This document shows positions 49,435 through 60,723 of a DNA stretch of 64,000 bases, piece by piece. Every line of letters starts with the position of its first letter. Position 1 is the first letter of the stretch. The DNA lies in NCBI RefSeq assembly GCF_038025025.1, contig NW_027117338.1, positions 1,488,001-1,552,000 on the forward strand, in the 5' to 3' direction. The notes under the pieces were generated by a model. It was not told where the DNA came from, searched no databases, and was given only the letters and a program-made list of their open reading frames with translations. The stretch comes from Phyllosticta citribraziliensis. Taxonomy: Eukaryota. The translations under genes and the position numbers were made by a program.

Positions 49435-52400
49435 TCACTCAATCCACAACAACCACTTGACAGCCCGGCCAGCACCCTTGCCCACGCCCAACACACCCCT
49501 GACCACGACGACGACGAGCCAGACCCACCACATGATGCCGAGCACCATCCACTCGAGCATGACCCATCCGGCACGTCGCACCCACCGAAAGCGACGCCTG
49601 CGGGCACGGCCCATGGCCTCTATGCGGTCTACAATCGCCTTGACGGCGAGAGTCGCCTCGGATCCAACCTCGCGCAAAAACGCGTCGGCATTGTCGGCGC
49701 AGTTGTGGCACCGCGGCGTCAGCTTGTCTCCGATTTCAATCTGGAGCGCCTCGCAACGGCGCCGCAACTCGGCTGCGCGGTATCGCGCGAACGAGTCGGT
49801 GGCCGCGAGAAGGGCTTCGTTGTTACGGGCGAGGCTCGAGGCGAGGATCCGGGCCGCGAGAACGTGCTCTTCGCTGGCTGGGAGTGGGTATAGTGGAGCG
49901 TTGTCGGCTATGGCAGCGGCGTTTTGAAGGAAGCGGGGAGGAGGGTCTTGGATTTGGTGGGCGCGGCGGCCAAGCTCGGCCGCTTTGATGCCGGAACAGA
50001 GGAGGAGCGCGCGCACTCGAGCGATTTCGGTGCGAGTCGTAAAAGAAGATGCTTTAGAGAGGCCGCCAGATGTTCTGCGTGGGTTGTCGAGAGCTTGGTT
50101 GGAGATGCTCCACTGACGATGTCCAATCGTAGGTCGGGTACCGTTGGCTGACGTTGTGGTCTTGACTGATAGCCCTGTGGGAGGCAGGTGGCCTGTCCTT
50201 CCGACTCCGCCGGGAACTTCGAGGAGCGCGTTGATGTGATGCCGGGCCGCGGATGGAGAGCGGGATCGTAACTCTGGATCTGCAGAATGAGCACGAAGGA
50301 ATCTTTCACGTGTTTCCTCGGGGATGTCACCTGGGGACGAAGACCGTGAGCTGATTTTACCAAGATCAAGCCGTGGGGGAGCAAGACGATCAAAACGAGT
50401 TGGCCGTCGGCGATGACCATCGAGTTTATCGTCTTCCCTGTCAGACTTGTCTCCTTGGGATTGCGAGTTGGCAGATTTGAAGGTCGGCAGGTCCATGTGG
50501 TATTTAGACTTGCTGTCTGACGCATCCGACATGGCACCGGTGTCTGTTGTTGTGCGAGATACCGGCTTTGGCCGGCTCAAGACCACTGTTCTGGACATGT
50601 CATCATCCGAATCACTGGTAGAAGAGTGGTCGCCGTCGCTGGAAGAATCGCTGTCTTCTGGGGGCTTGTCCTTTTTGAAGACAAAGTGTCCCACTTTTGA
50701 GCCTTCTTGTCGGACACCCTTGAAAAATCTTGTAACAGCAGATCCGGGATCCTTCTCCTTTGCTTCCTTCCGCTTGCCATCTTTGAGCTCAAAACTGGAG
50801 ACGCTATGGATGCTGTCTGTCGTTTTGCGAGTGTTTAACAACGGCTTGGAATTTGATCGATGGAGCTGCTCGACGCTGAGTCGTCCTGGATCAGTTTGGT
50901 CTCCGCTGATTGGCCTGCTGTGTGTGCTTTCAGAAAGAATGTCCGAGGGAATCGATTTGTGCTTGGCAGCGCTAGTATCAGTGCGGAAGAAAGGTAGTTT
51001 CGATCTTCGATGAGGCTTCTGGTCGGGAGACGCAAGTCCACTTGGTGACGAGTTGCGGTCCAAACTGAGGGTTTGAGATATTGGCGTCAACGGTGCTGAA
51101 GACTCGAAAGACGGCCGCTGCTCCAGCATTGGGTTCTCAGCTGCTGATTTGAGGCGCGTCGTGGCCTGTTGTGCGGCAGTCTTTTCACTGCGCTGATCTT
51201 GTTCATGCTCATGGGCAGTCCTTACGCGCCGAGCTGCCTGGCCAGTGCCCCATCTGTCTGGAGAGCTGAAATTTGGAGAAGACTGGCTGTCCTGTTTTGC
51301 CTCATTTTCAATCATGGACTGCAAATGGCGCTCGAGTGGACCAATGTTCTCCCCTTGCGAAGGACGTCGCCACGCCGCCCTCTTGCGCACATCTCGATCG
51401 TCATCAGAAGATGAGAGACCAGAAGAGCTGTTAGAGCGCGATCTGATCCAGCCAAGCTTCCTCCCACGATCTTGGCTCTCATCACGATCCCGATGGAGAA
51501 AATGGCGCTTTTTCCTGCCACGGGCGCTCCCGTTGTCGCTGGTGTCCGTTGTTCTATAGTCGGAAACGTGGCCTGTCGACGACTGTCTATCCAGGCTGGT
51601 TCTTGCAAAGTCTCGACTGATGCGAGCCTTTTGTAAGCTTGCTCTTGGTTCAGGGAACAACCTGTTGCCATGCCTGTCTTCTATCAGCATCTTGTGGCTA
51701 TCCTGTTCCATCCACACTGCGTCTGCTAGAAATTCAGACGGTAGAGTGAACCAGTCCATTCGCGGCCTAGGTGTCTTTCCAAGCAGGATGCTAGCCTTTT
51801 TGCCATCCTCAGATAATTTCTGTGGCAAGGCAGCGAGGCCATTCCGTTCAAACGGTGGTAAAAGCACGTTCTCGGCGCGACGATATCCATTCTCTTGAGA
51901 AGCCTCTTCCACATCGTCGATCCACTCTCGCACCCTGTCTGAATCTTCAAATTCGTGCACGTCTGGGTTCAAGGCATGGCGCTCACGTGCCCTCAACTTC
52001 CTGTTGCGGATAAACTGAAGCGGATTGTATCGTCGACCAAGTTGATTCGAACCAGACCGTAAGGAATTCGGTTTCAGCTCGACAATCGCAGTCCCAGGAA
52101 TGCTAGATGCGCTCAAGGAGGCACTAGTTGACTCGGCGGGATTCAAAGGCGGCAGAAATTGCAACAGCCGACGGTATTCGCAGGAGAGTTCGATGTAGGT
52201 GCGCGCTTTTGCTGCTCGTGCAAGCGTTGCATCTGAGAAGGTGTAGTTGTTGTGGATACCGGTGGTTGGGTCCATGACAGTGCCTGGGGTCGAGACGGAC
52301 ACATGGCGCGAGGGCGGAGTGCCAATTCTGCTTCCGTTTGGTGACATGTTCCGAGAGATTCGGCGCGGATGCTGCAGCGCTTGCTTGAGACTTCCTCCCA

Positions 52401-53208
52401 TGTTATAGTTTGCAAAGCTTCCCTGCATAGGAGTATTTTGAATCGAGAATCCAGCGGAGGTTGTCCTACGGCCACTCCCAAGAGATGGGGCAGGGAGCTG
52501 TCCGGCACTAAACTGCCTCCGTCGGCTCTCGTTCAGACTGAGGGCCATGTTGACAATCTGGAAGGGGTCGATGCCAGAGCTGGAGCTGTGTTGCTCTTGA
52601 CTTTCGCCAGGCAGGTCGAAATTGACCCCCAGACCCTTAGCCTCCCGAGCAGTGCCTTGCCTACCATCCCCACCGGCATGTATTTCTTGAGAATCATCGG
52701 GTGAGACTGTACTCGGCTCGCCACTGGACGAAGGAAAGCTTCTCGGCGAGGAACTGCGACTGTGATGCCCGGGAGAGCTCTCGTACGACCCTGGACTTTT
52801 GCTTTTGCGCCGCTTTTCTACAAAAAGCTTGTCCTTTTCGCCAGAGCGACCATGTCTCTTGCGCATGAGCGAGTCGACTCCAGGAAGGATGGGCTCAAGC
52901 AAGAACCCTCCAGATCTTCGGGGCGAGCGCTTCCTGCGGGTGCGCTCTTGGATAGAGGCGAGGTCGGCACCCAACAGCCCCTGTTCGCGCGTGCGACCAT
53001 TTGCATGGCTTTCTTCGGTCCTGTCCTCCGAAAGTATGGAGCGCAGAGGGCTTTTTCTTCCCTTGGAGACCCCAGACTCGGTATGCTCAACAATGAGGGC
53101 TGAGCGTCTGGAGTGCAGAGTGGCCGAGGAACCGGGTGAGGGTTGCGACGAGGTGGAGCGTCGTAGTTCGCTAGAGGGAGTGGAGCTGGCCGAGGCCATG
53201 TTCGGCAT
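49435..53208 (-). CDS. Conserved fungal protein, probably Mtc4-like, with C-terminal transmembrane segment
   Basis: 1257-aa uninterrupted ORF; YNPLQFIRNRKLR motif recalled from Mtc4-like proteins; C-terminal WVMLEWMVLGIMWWVWLVVVV. Confidence 0.7.
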   Translation of the reverse strand: MPNMASASSTPSSELRRSTSSQPSPGSSATLHSRRSALIVEHTESGVSKGRKSPLRSILSEDRTEESHANGRTREQGLLGADLASIQERTRRKRSPRRSGGFLLEPILPGVDSLMRKRHGRSGEKDKLFVEKRRKSKSPGSYESSPGHHSRSSSPRSFPSSSGEPSTVSPDDSQEIHAGGDGRQGTAREAKGLGVNFDLPGESQEQHSSSSGIDPFQIVNMALSLNESRRRQFSAGQLPAPSLGSGRRTTSAGFSIQNTPMQGSFANYNMGGSLKQALQHPRRISRNMSPNGSRIGTPPSRHVSVSTPGTVMDPTTGIHNNYTFSDATLARAAKARTYIELSCEYRRLLQFLPPLNPAESTSASLSASSIPGTAIVELKPNSLRSGSNQLGRRYNPLQFIRNRKLRARERHALNPDVHEFEDSDRVREWIDDVEEASQENGYRRAENVLLPPFERNGLAALPQKLSEDGKKASILLGKTPRPRMDWFTLPSEFLADAVWMEQDSHKMLIEDRHGNRLFPEPRASLQKARISRDFARTSLDRQSSTGHVSDYRTTDTSDNGSARGRKKRHFLHRDRDESQDRGRKLGWIRSRSNSSSGLSSSDDDRDVRKRAAWRRPSQGENIGPLERHLQSMIENEAKQDSQSSPNFSSPDRWGTGQAARRVRTAHEHEQDQRSEKTAAQQATTRLKSAAENPMLEQRPSFESSAPLTPISQTLSLDRNSSPSGLASPDQKPHRRSKLPFFRTDTSAAKHKSIPSDILSESTHSRPISGDQTDPGRLSVEQLHRSNSKPLLNTRKTTDSIHSVSSFELKDGKRKEAKEKDPGSAVTRFFKGVRQEGSKVGHFVFKKDKPPEDSDSSSDGDHSSTSDSDDDMSRTVVLSRPKPVSRTTTDTGAMSDASDSKSKYHMDLPTFKSANSQSQGDKSDREDDKLDGHRRRPTRFDRLAPPRLDLGKISSRSSSPGDIPEETRERFLRAHSADPELRSRSPSAARHHINALLEVPGGVGRTGHLPPTGLSVKTTTSANGTRPTIGHRQWSISNQALDNPRRTSGGLSKASSFTTRTEIARVRALLLCSGIKAAELGRRAHQIQDPPPRFLQNAAAIADNAPLYPLPASEEHVLAARILASSLARNNEALLAATDSFARYRAAELRRRCEALQIEIGDKLTPRCHNCADNADAFLREVGSEATLAVKAIVDRIEAMGRARRRRFRWVRRAGWVMLEWMVLGIMWWVWLVVVVVRGVLGVGKGAGRAVKWLLWIE

Positions 53209-53567
53209 GCTACCGCAGGGTCGCGGTAGATGGGTGATGGCAGACGAGCATATCTAGCGCGCAGTAGTGGGCGGAGGAGAAGTCGCGGTGAGCGAGGACT
53301 GGAGTTGTGGAGAGGTCGCCAGGTCGGCGCAAATGAGAGCAGTGGCAGCGCAGCGGGGGGGTTGACCCATGAAGTGCATGTGGCCGGGGGTGAGGGAAAC
53401 CTGGTCAAGCTCGGCGCTGAAGTCATCAAGCGATCCCGACCCACGCGCACATCACCGGATGGGCCATCGATCAACACGCGCAATTTCTATTCTTTGCTTC
53501 GCTCCTCTGCAACTGTCCGCGACACTGACATCAACCGTTACGACACGACAATGCTTGTTCACCCGCC

Positions 53568-55793
53568 ATGTCTCTCTTCGGTGGTCCGCAGCCACCTCCA
53601 ACCTCTCCCCCAAGCGCCCAGCTAGCTACTTTCGCGTCCTCGCCGCCGCCGCACCCTTCGTCCGAGCCTGCCACCGCACCAGCTCTGTCGATTGAGCACC
53701 ACGTCGAAGACGGCTCCGACGACGAATTCGACGACGACGAACGCCCAAACAAATTTTCTGGAAACGTCTCAGCCTGGAAACGACATGCCGCAAACGAGCT
53801 CGATCTTCAATCTGCGCTCTCGCACCTCGCAGCCGACGACATTTCTCGGCACCTCTACATCGCCCATACACTTCGGTCACACTTCCAAAGATCTTCAACA
53901 ACCAGTATCAAGCCATACCAGAGCAAAAGCCGATGGGGTGGGGCAAAGGCGCAAGAGAACAATTGGGCTCCACCAAGGAAATGGACTGCATGGCCTTTGG
54001 AACCCAGCGAAGTTCCTCGAAAATGGGAGCGGTTTGGAGAAGTCCCTGAGATCGACCCGGAAGACGAATTCACAATCCGCGAGGAGGGCTTTGTGAAGAG
54101 CAAACCCAGCAGAGATCTGGAAGAGTTGGTTTTGAGCGTCGTGCTGCGCAAGGCAAAAGAACAGTGGAACAGCCGGGAGGAAGAACGCAAACCAAGGCGA
54201 AGAAAGAAACGCATCATACCGCAGAGAAGGAATCCAAACGACAAGAAAAAGGATGCGAGCGCTCAGGAAATAGAAGATTTTGATTCATCCGATGACGAAG
54301 ATCGACAACAATCGCGGAGGCGGGGACCAGGGAACACAGTATCGGAGTCTTCGTCAAATCTGCAAGGTACAAGAGACCACCATTCAGCGCAAGGCAACAT
54401 CAGGCCTGTAGTGACTGCAGATGACGGTGCGGCGCAACGCATCATCCAGCCCTCCATGCGTTCCCTTCTTAACAATCTGGATTCTCTACTTGCTGCCTTA
54501 CATCGTTCAAGGCAGAACCATATCGATGGCGTCAGCGGCACCGCTACCAAAACTTCAGGCTCCAAGAAACGAAAAGCTGCGGATGCTGATGCTGAACCTG
54601 AGTCTCAGCCTCAGCCTCTTCTAAAGCGACCCCGCGGTCGGCCCCCGAAAGTAAAGGCATTGGAACCATCTGAATCCTCGCCTGCTCCAATTCCAGACGG
54701 ACCAGATGAGCAAGACATAGGCTCCGTGAAGAAACCCATGGGTCGCCCAAATCAATTCAAAAATCGCCGGCGTCCTGGCGAATCCTACTACATGATGCAC
54801 AAGCGCCTTCGGGCTGAGGAAAAGGCTGAGGAAAAGGCTGAAAAGGCTGAAAAAGCTGCTGAAGCTGCTCAAGCTGCTGCTAGCAACTGCACACCTGTTC
54901 GCGAAGAACCTCCAACCCCTGAGAATCAAACCCGCCGTTCTTCGACTTTCTCAGGTCTGGGCGACGTGTCCGCTGCAGGTGATGGGACTGAAAAGGCGTC
55001 TCACATTTCCGGGTCTCGCACTTTCGGCCTTCGAGACTGGAGCGAGGTACTGGGAACTGCTACATTGATCGGCGCATTCAAGCCGTCTGTCGTTCAACGT
55101 GCTGCACAACGCTGCGCCAACATCTTCAACGAAGGGATGAAATTCCGCACCCTCGAGGAAAAAAATGCGCTCGGGAATGACGCAGGAGAGGTCGTCCAGT
55201 ACGTTCCCGGCTGCGTATTACCGCCACTATTCGATCAGTCTAGCGATGTTGAAGCTAGAGTGCAGCCTACCGAGGCCACAGATGTTGAGGTGTCCGACAA
55301 TGAAGACGATACCCGAGGAGAGGAGGATGAGACCAGGCCTCTTTGGGATGGCATCTCCAAGAATTGCCCGCATGCATCATGCGAGCGTCATAGCATCCCT
55401 TTCCATGATGTTAAGCAGCTACGGTTGCATGTGAGCATGAAACATGGCTACAAGCTGACATCAAAGGCGAGCGTATCCAGAAGCAAGGCTCCTTCATCCT
55501 TGACAAAATCACAGACCCTGTTGAACCAAAGAGCGGCGCATTTTGAAATGGAGGGTGCGGTACACAACGATGGCTTTTTGAAGCCGATAGAACGTCGCTC
55601 TGGCTGGCGGGGTCCGGACACGGCGCAGCGAGAAAATCGGAAGCATGGGAAATGTTCTGAAAGCAGGAGCCGCAATACCAACAGGATCGCAGAGCAGATG
55701 GCTGGAAGCGAGGATTCGGGAGTGGAAGAGACTGATTGGAAGCCAGGAAAACACGGAGTGGATGGGGACGATGGAGAGGATGATACTGATTGA
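53568..55793 (+). CDS. Rrn9-domain protein (RNA polymerase I upstream activation factor-like) with AT-hook and C2H2-like motif
   Basis: RPNKFSG, DISRHLYIAH, WAPPRKWTAWPL, KRPRGRPPK, RDWSEVLG, CPHASC...HVSMKH, GAVHNDGFL. Confidence 0.8.
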   Translation: MSLFGGPQPPPTSPPSAQLATFASSPPPHPSSEPATAPALSIEHHVEDGSDDEFDDDERPNKFSGNVSAWKRHAANELDLQSALSHLAADDISRHLYIAHTLRSHFQRSSTTSIKPYQSKSRWGGAKAQENNWAPPRKWTAWPLEPSEVPRKWERFGEVPEIDPEDEFTIREEGFVKSKPSRDLEELVLSVVLRKAKEQWNSREEERKPRRRKKRIIPQRRNPNDKKKDASAQEIEDFDSSDDEDRQQSRRRGPGNTVSESSSNLQGTRDHHSAQGNIRPVVTADDGAAQRIIQPSMRSLLNNLDSLLAALHRSRQNHIDGVSGTATKTSGSKKRKAADADAEPESQPQPLLKRPRGRPPKVKALEPSESSPAPIPDGPDEQDIGSVKKPMGRPNQFKNRRRPGESYYMMHKRLRAEEKAEEKAEKAEKAAEAAQAAASNCTPVREEPPTPENQTRRSSTFSGLGDVSAAGDGTEKASHISGSRTFGLRDWSEVLGTATLIGAFKPSVVQRAAQRCANIFNEGMKFRTLEEKNALGNDAGEVVQYVPGCVLPPLFDQSSDVEARVQPTEATDVEVSDNEDDTRGEEDETRPLWDGISKNCPHASCERHSIPFHDVKQLRLHVSMKHGYKLTSKASVSRSKAPSSLTKSQTLLNQRAAHFEMEGAVHNDGFLKPIERRSGWRGPDTAQRENRKHGKCSESRSRNTNRIAEQMAGSEDSGVEETDWKPGKHGVDGDDGEDDTD

Positions 55794-56225
55794 AGCGGGA
55801 CTGGATGTCAAAGGCGATTTCGAAGCGTACTAGCGAGTCTTCATGACCGATTTCAGACAAGAATCTCGACCAAGTTGACTATGTAAATGCTTGATTCAAG
55901 CCGAGTTCAGTTGTTGCGGTGGTCGTGAGGTTCAAGTTGAGAAGGAGGCGAGGGCTCAGCCAATCGGAGCCTTGGACGCGGCCTACGTCGTGGTAGGCGC
56001 AACGTATCTGCTGAATTCAACCCAGTTGCTGAGATTACTCTCGACCTTCCAACTCCATCACTGCGCGTCCTCCTAAGCTTGACAGTGTTTGGTTTCGCAC
56101 CTTGGAGCTCAATCATTCCCGTTGTTGTTGTTCGGGGTCACGTGAGCGCGCGCGAACCTGATAGTCGCCGTCGCGACCGTCGGAGATCCACAAAACATCG
56201 ACCTCAATGACAACACAACATCCAC

Positions 56226-59200
56226 ATGGAAGACCTTCTGGCCGGACTTAATGACGCGCAGAAATGTGCTGTGTCAAGCCCGGCCTCCGTACTCCAAGTA
56301 CTGGCCCCACCTGGCTCCGGCAAGACAAAGACCCTCACAGCACGCGTCGCGTATCTCCTGGGCCAACGTAACATCAAACCATGGAACATCATCGTCTGTA
56401 CCTTCACGATCAAGGCCGCCCGAGAGATGAAGGATCGCATCCGCGGTCTGGTTGGCGACGGGACCGAGCAAAAGTTGATTCTTGGAACTTTTCACTCTGT
56501 TGCGCGACGATTTCTTGTCTACTACGGTCACCACATTGGCATCGAGAAGGGCTTTGGAATAGCTGACAGCTCTGACACCTTGGCCATTCTGAAGCGTATT
56601 ATCAAACGGCGACAATACTCGACAGAACCCGGAGTTGCCCGGTCCAGGATTTCTGGACTAAAAGCCAAGAGTATCAGCTGCGACCAAAACGCAGCTGCAA
56701 ACAAGAGCGTGGAGCAGCAGGAATTTGCGGCAATCTACACAGAGTACGAGGAAACCTTGAAAGGGTCCAACCTCGTCGACTACGATGACCTACTCCTTCG
56801 TTCGCTGGACCTTTTGCGATATCGCCCCGAGTGTGTCTCCAACATTGAGGCTGTACTCATCGACGAATTCCAAGACACCAATCATGTTCAGTATGAGCTG
56901 ATGCGCTTGATGGCGCAGTACAAGAGGAACATCACCATCGTTGGTGATCCTGATCAGAGCATTTACGGCTTTAGATCTGCGGAGATCAAGAACCTGAAGA
57001 AGATGCAGACGCAATACCCAGAGACAACTGTAGTGATTCTAGAGGAAAACTACCGCTCTGGTGGTGCCATCTTGCAGTCTGCTCAGAATGTCATTGAACA
57101 AGATTCTAGCCGACCGGCCAAAGCTTTGTTCCCCACTCACTGTGTGGGGGAAATTCCAGTCCTTCGACGACTGCCATCTGCAGCTGTTGAGGCTCAATGG
57201 ATTTTGACTGAAATCCAACGAACGCGGCTACTGACAGGAGGTCTGATCTCATTCTCGGACTTCGCGATTCTTTTACGCTCTGCTGCGTTGTCCAGACACA
57301 TTGAATCCGCCCTCGGAAAAGCTGGTGTTCCATATCGCATGGTTGGCGGATTGAGGTTTTTTGACAGGATGGAGGTAAAGATTGTCCTGGACTATCTCAG
57401 GGTCATTGCCAAGCCAGACCACAATGACGCTCTGGTACGGGTCATCAACGTGCCGCCTCGAAAAGTTGGAGAGGTGACTGTCAAGTCCCTTTTGAATGAA
57501 GCAGAGGAGGCGAAAGTTCCACTGTGGAGCATCATTCTCAAGGCTGCACAAGGCAACAAAAGACCCAAGACGAAGCTCGCACCTCAGGCGGAAAAAGGAG
57601 TCCAGACGTTTGTGAACATCATCCTGACTTCACAGAAAAAGCTGTCCTCAGCAGAGTCACCCTGTTCCCTTCTCGAACTGGTCAACCACGTCATGAAGAA
57701 GCTTTCTTTTGCTGAGTACATCAAGAAGACGCACCCGGAAGACTTTGAAGGACGCTGGGGCAACGTTGAGGAACTCATCGCACAGGCCTCCGACAATGCC
57801 GCTGAATCAGACGCTTCAGAAGTACCAGATGAGACACTACCCGAACTCGAAGGCGTTGAGCAGCGCAGCTTGTCTTCTGCAGAAGACTCGCTGTCCCGGT
57901 TTTTGGCCAACGTTGCGCTTTCCACAGAGGTCCAGCAAGAAGGCCAAGTCCAGGATCAGGTCACCATTTCCACAATCCACGCTGCCAAAGGTCTAGAATG
58001 GCCTGTTGTATTTGTTCCCGCTGTTTACGAAGGATCCATCCCACATTCCCGAGCTGAAGATCACGATGAAGAGCGTCGTTTACTCTACGTCGCTATGACA
58101 AGGGCTCAAGCACTCCTCTATCTCAGCTGTCCGATTAAAAGTTCCCAGGGCGAAGAAACTACATTGTCTCCATTCCTTTCAGACAAGGCACTGAGCAGCT
58201 CTTTTGGCTGTCGTGGCCCCAGCTTCACCTATACAGCAACACAAAATCTTGCCCGGATTCTGCGCCGGCCTTGTCCAACCATAGCAGAGTGTTCGACGGG
58301 CAGGATATCCGTGGAGCGCGCCGAAGATGATTACTACCCTGACGATGGCAGCGATCCGGACCCGCAGAGCACGACTTGGGACTTTTACAACAGCAAGAAT
58401 GGCCATGTGGTATCCAAACGCCAGCGCATCAACGACTTCATCCCCGTGCCTGAAGCTACTGACGGCGGTGAAGGTGTTGGCAACAGCGTCACAATGAACG
58501 CGGCGACCTCATTTTCAATATCCAACACAAGCATCCCTCTAGGCAGCGCCTCAGGTTTTGTCAGTGCGAGTACGCGTATGCAACAGATGACATCAGAAGC
58601 CGCCGCCGCAGAAGAGGCAGCATCTGCCCAGCGTGCCGAACGCAACCTTCTCCGCACCGTGTCCGCAGAGCGTGCCAAAGAAGACAACATCGGTGGCTCC
58701 TCTTCCGATCATAAGCGCAAGGCTGACCTGTCCAATGGCCCTAATCGCAAACGCCAGTATGGTCGTGCTCCTCCGCCCGGCCAAGGCAGCTTAACGTCGT
58801 TCTTTGGACAGCCCACCGCCGCCAAGGCCGTACGGACAAAAGACGAGCAAGTTGCTGATGCAATTGCGTTTGTGAGGGAAAAGAAGATGCGTACGGCGGC
58901 GGGGGCGATAGACAAGTCAGGAACATGGCTTAACGGCGTAGCAGAGAGGGTGGGCCAGGACCAGGACAAATCTCACCACGCTGCAGCTCTACCCAAGCCT
59001 GTCACTGGACCCAGAAGAAGTGCGACGACAGGCAAGGAGAACCAGCACCTCAAACCCGCCTTCGCTAGGCCGTCCTTCACCTCATCGAACTCCTTCTCGG
59101 CCGCCTCCTCAAAATCTCTCAATGCTCCTGTACCCAATCTCTTGTCCTACAAAGTGCGCACCGAGCCACTGCGCAGTCGTCCGCCTCGCCGCGGTGCCGT

Positions 59201-59759
59201 TGCCGACTTTGCGGCGCAGAACAACAAGGGCCGGCCGTACCCGTTTTACTCGAGTTCTCCGCCGCGAGACATGGCGCAGGGCGAGGCGGAGAACGAGCAC
59301 GTTGAAGCGGCTCAGGAACAACAAGGGGCCATTGGTGATGGTGGGGATGTCGAGTGTGCCGTGTCTGCCGCAGATGCTGCACTCGACGCAGAAGATGACC
59401 TTTTCGATGGTGACCAAGACGATGCCCTCGCGCCACCGCTGCCCTCGTCGCCGCCGCCTCTCCCGATGCCAGAACCAGTGGAGCCCGAGCCACAACCTCC
59501 TCTGTCGCCACCTGCTCTTCATCCCCTCGACCAACAGCAGCCTCTGTCTCTGTCCATGCACACGACCAGCGTCGATAGCGTCAACAACGGCCTGAACCAT
59601 GGCCATGGCCAGGGGTTGGGATCGCGAATGGGATTGGCAGCGCCTGGCGGTCGTCGACCTGGCCGCGCTCTTGGCCTCAGGCGGGATGCTGGTGCTACTG
59701 GCTGGGTTAATCGCCCGTTTGTGAAGCCCACAGTCAAGCCAAGGGGAGGGGGTGCATGA
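56226..59759 (+). CDS. UvrD/Rep-family ATP-dependent DNA helicase (Srs2-like)
   Basis: LNDAQ, APPGSGKT, IDEFQD, VGDPDQSIYGFR, ENYRS, STIHAAKGLEW, EERRLLYVAMTRA; long disordered tail. Confidence 0.93.
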   Translation: MEDLLAGLNDAQKCAVSSPASVLQVLAPPGSGKTKTLTARVAYLLGQRNIKPWNIIVCTFTIKAAREMKDRIRGLVGDGTEQKLILGTFHSVARRFLVYYGHHIGIEKGFGIADSSDTLAILKRIIKRRQYSTEPGVARSRISGLKAKSISCDQNAAANKSVEQQEFAAIYTEYEETLKGSNLVDYDDLLLRSLDLLRYRPECVSNIEAVLIDEFQDTNHVQYELMRLMAQYKRNITIVGDPDQSIYGFRSAEIKNLKKMQTQYPETTVVILEENYRSGGAILQSAQNVIEQDSSRPAKALFPTHCVGEIPVLRRLPSAAVEAQWILTEIQRTRLLTGGLISFSDFAILLRSAALSRHIESALGKAGVPYRMVGGLRFFDRMEVKIVLDYLRVIAKPDHNDALVRVINVPPRKVGEVTVKSLLNEAEEAKVPLWSIILKAAQGNKRPKTKLAPQAEKGVQTFVNIILTSQKKLSSAESPCSLLELVNHVMKKLSFAEYIKKTHPEDFEGRWGNVEELIAQASDNAAESDASEVPDETLPELEGVEQRSLSSAEDSLSRFLANVALSTEVQQEGQVQDQVTISTIHAAKGLEWPVVFVPAVYEGSIPHSRAEDHDEERRLLYVAMTRAQALLYLSCPIKSSQGEETTLSPFLSDKALSSSFGCRGPSFTYTATQNLARILRRPCPTIAECSTGRISVERAEDDYYPDDGSDPDPQSTTWDFYNSKNGHVVSKRQRINDFIPVPEATDGGEGVGNSVTMNAATSFSISNTSIPLGSASGFVSASTRMQQMTSEAAAAEEAASAQRAERNLLRTVSAERAKEDNIGGSSSDHKRKADLSNGPNRKRQYGRAPPPGQGSLTSFFGQPTAAKAVRTKDEQVADAIAFVREKKMRTAAGAIDKSGTWLNGVAERVGQDQDKSHHAAALPKPVTGPRRSATTGKENQHLKPAFARPSFTSSNSFSAASSKSLNAPVPNLLSYKVRTEPLRSRPPRRGAVADFAAQNNKGRPYPFYSSSPPRDMAQGEAENEHVEAAQEQQGAIGDGGDVECAVSAADAALDAEDDLFDGDQDDALAPPLPSSPPPLPMPEPVEPEPQPPLSPPALHPLDQQQPLSLSMHTTSVDSVNNGLNHGHGQGLGSRMGLAAPGGRRPGRALGLRRDAGATGWVNRPFVKPTVKPRGGGA

Positions 59760-60057
59760 GGGAATATGCAAAGGGCCTAATTTACGGGCGTCAGTGAACA
59801 GGTCTAAAGGAGTCGGATGAGCGCAGGGTCGGGACGTAGGAGGGAGAGGGTTGGGTGGGAGAATAAGTACCCGGGTATGCTTCGAGATAAATCGCATCGC
59901 ATTGCATTGAATTGGTTGAACCCGCTGCCTATCTGCCTCCCTGCGGTGCCCGCGCTGCCCGCGTGTCTACATACATGTACCAGATCACACCAGCTCAGCC
60001 GAGATGGCTCAGAGATGCTCGATCTCTGGACTCGAGGCTGTGGTTGTGGTGCCGTCT

Positions 60058-60329
60058 CACAGTGGGGGGTGTCGGAAGAAATTGGACGCGTTCACTGCCA
60101 CTGCTGCGCGTAGGGGCAGCCATCAACATGTACCATTGCAGCGACGCCTAGGGAGCAGTCATCTACCATACCATTTCAGCGACGCCCAAGGAGCAGTCGT
60201 CGGCCATCCCAGCAATGCCCAAGGGGGCAGTAATCCACCATCACAAATGCGATGCGCGCAGGGAGCTATAGTTTGTTGCTGCATTTAGAACCGGGGAATC
60301 TCATTCCATTTCTTTCTACTCACACTGTA
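60058..60329 (-). mobile_element. Class II TIR element with five units in reverse orientation
   Basis: cacagtggggggtgtcggaagaaattgga at 60058 and tccatttctttctactcacactgta ending 60329; ggRgcagt-type cores at 60113, 60152, 60190, 60224, 60262 (spacing 34-39). Confidence 0.7.
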
Positions 60330-60723
60330 CTCCGCTCGAACAAGCCGGTCAGTCCTGCCCTGCCAGAAAGGCCTGCGCCGTGACCCATCCATTCGTGTGT
60401 CTGTCTGTGGTCTGTATACGCTGTACAATCATTCCCACAGCCGCTGTCTGCCGTCTCACTCTGAGAAGTGTGTCGACATCTGACGCGGCCTTCTGTGTCT
60501 TTTCCGTCCGTGAGTCCGAGATTTTGTGTCTTCCTGCGCTGCGATGTGTACATTATCGGATTTGGGACGGCCGCGTCGAAGCAGGTCCTGTGATATACAG
60601 GCTGTCGCTCTCCCCCTTCTACCAGCTCCTGCCAAGCCGACGAAGCGCCGTGATGCAGAGATGGGAAGTTGACTACGCCTTGTGCCCTGCCCTCGCGACG
60701 AAGAGGCGGTCTTCAAATTTCTA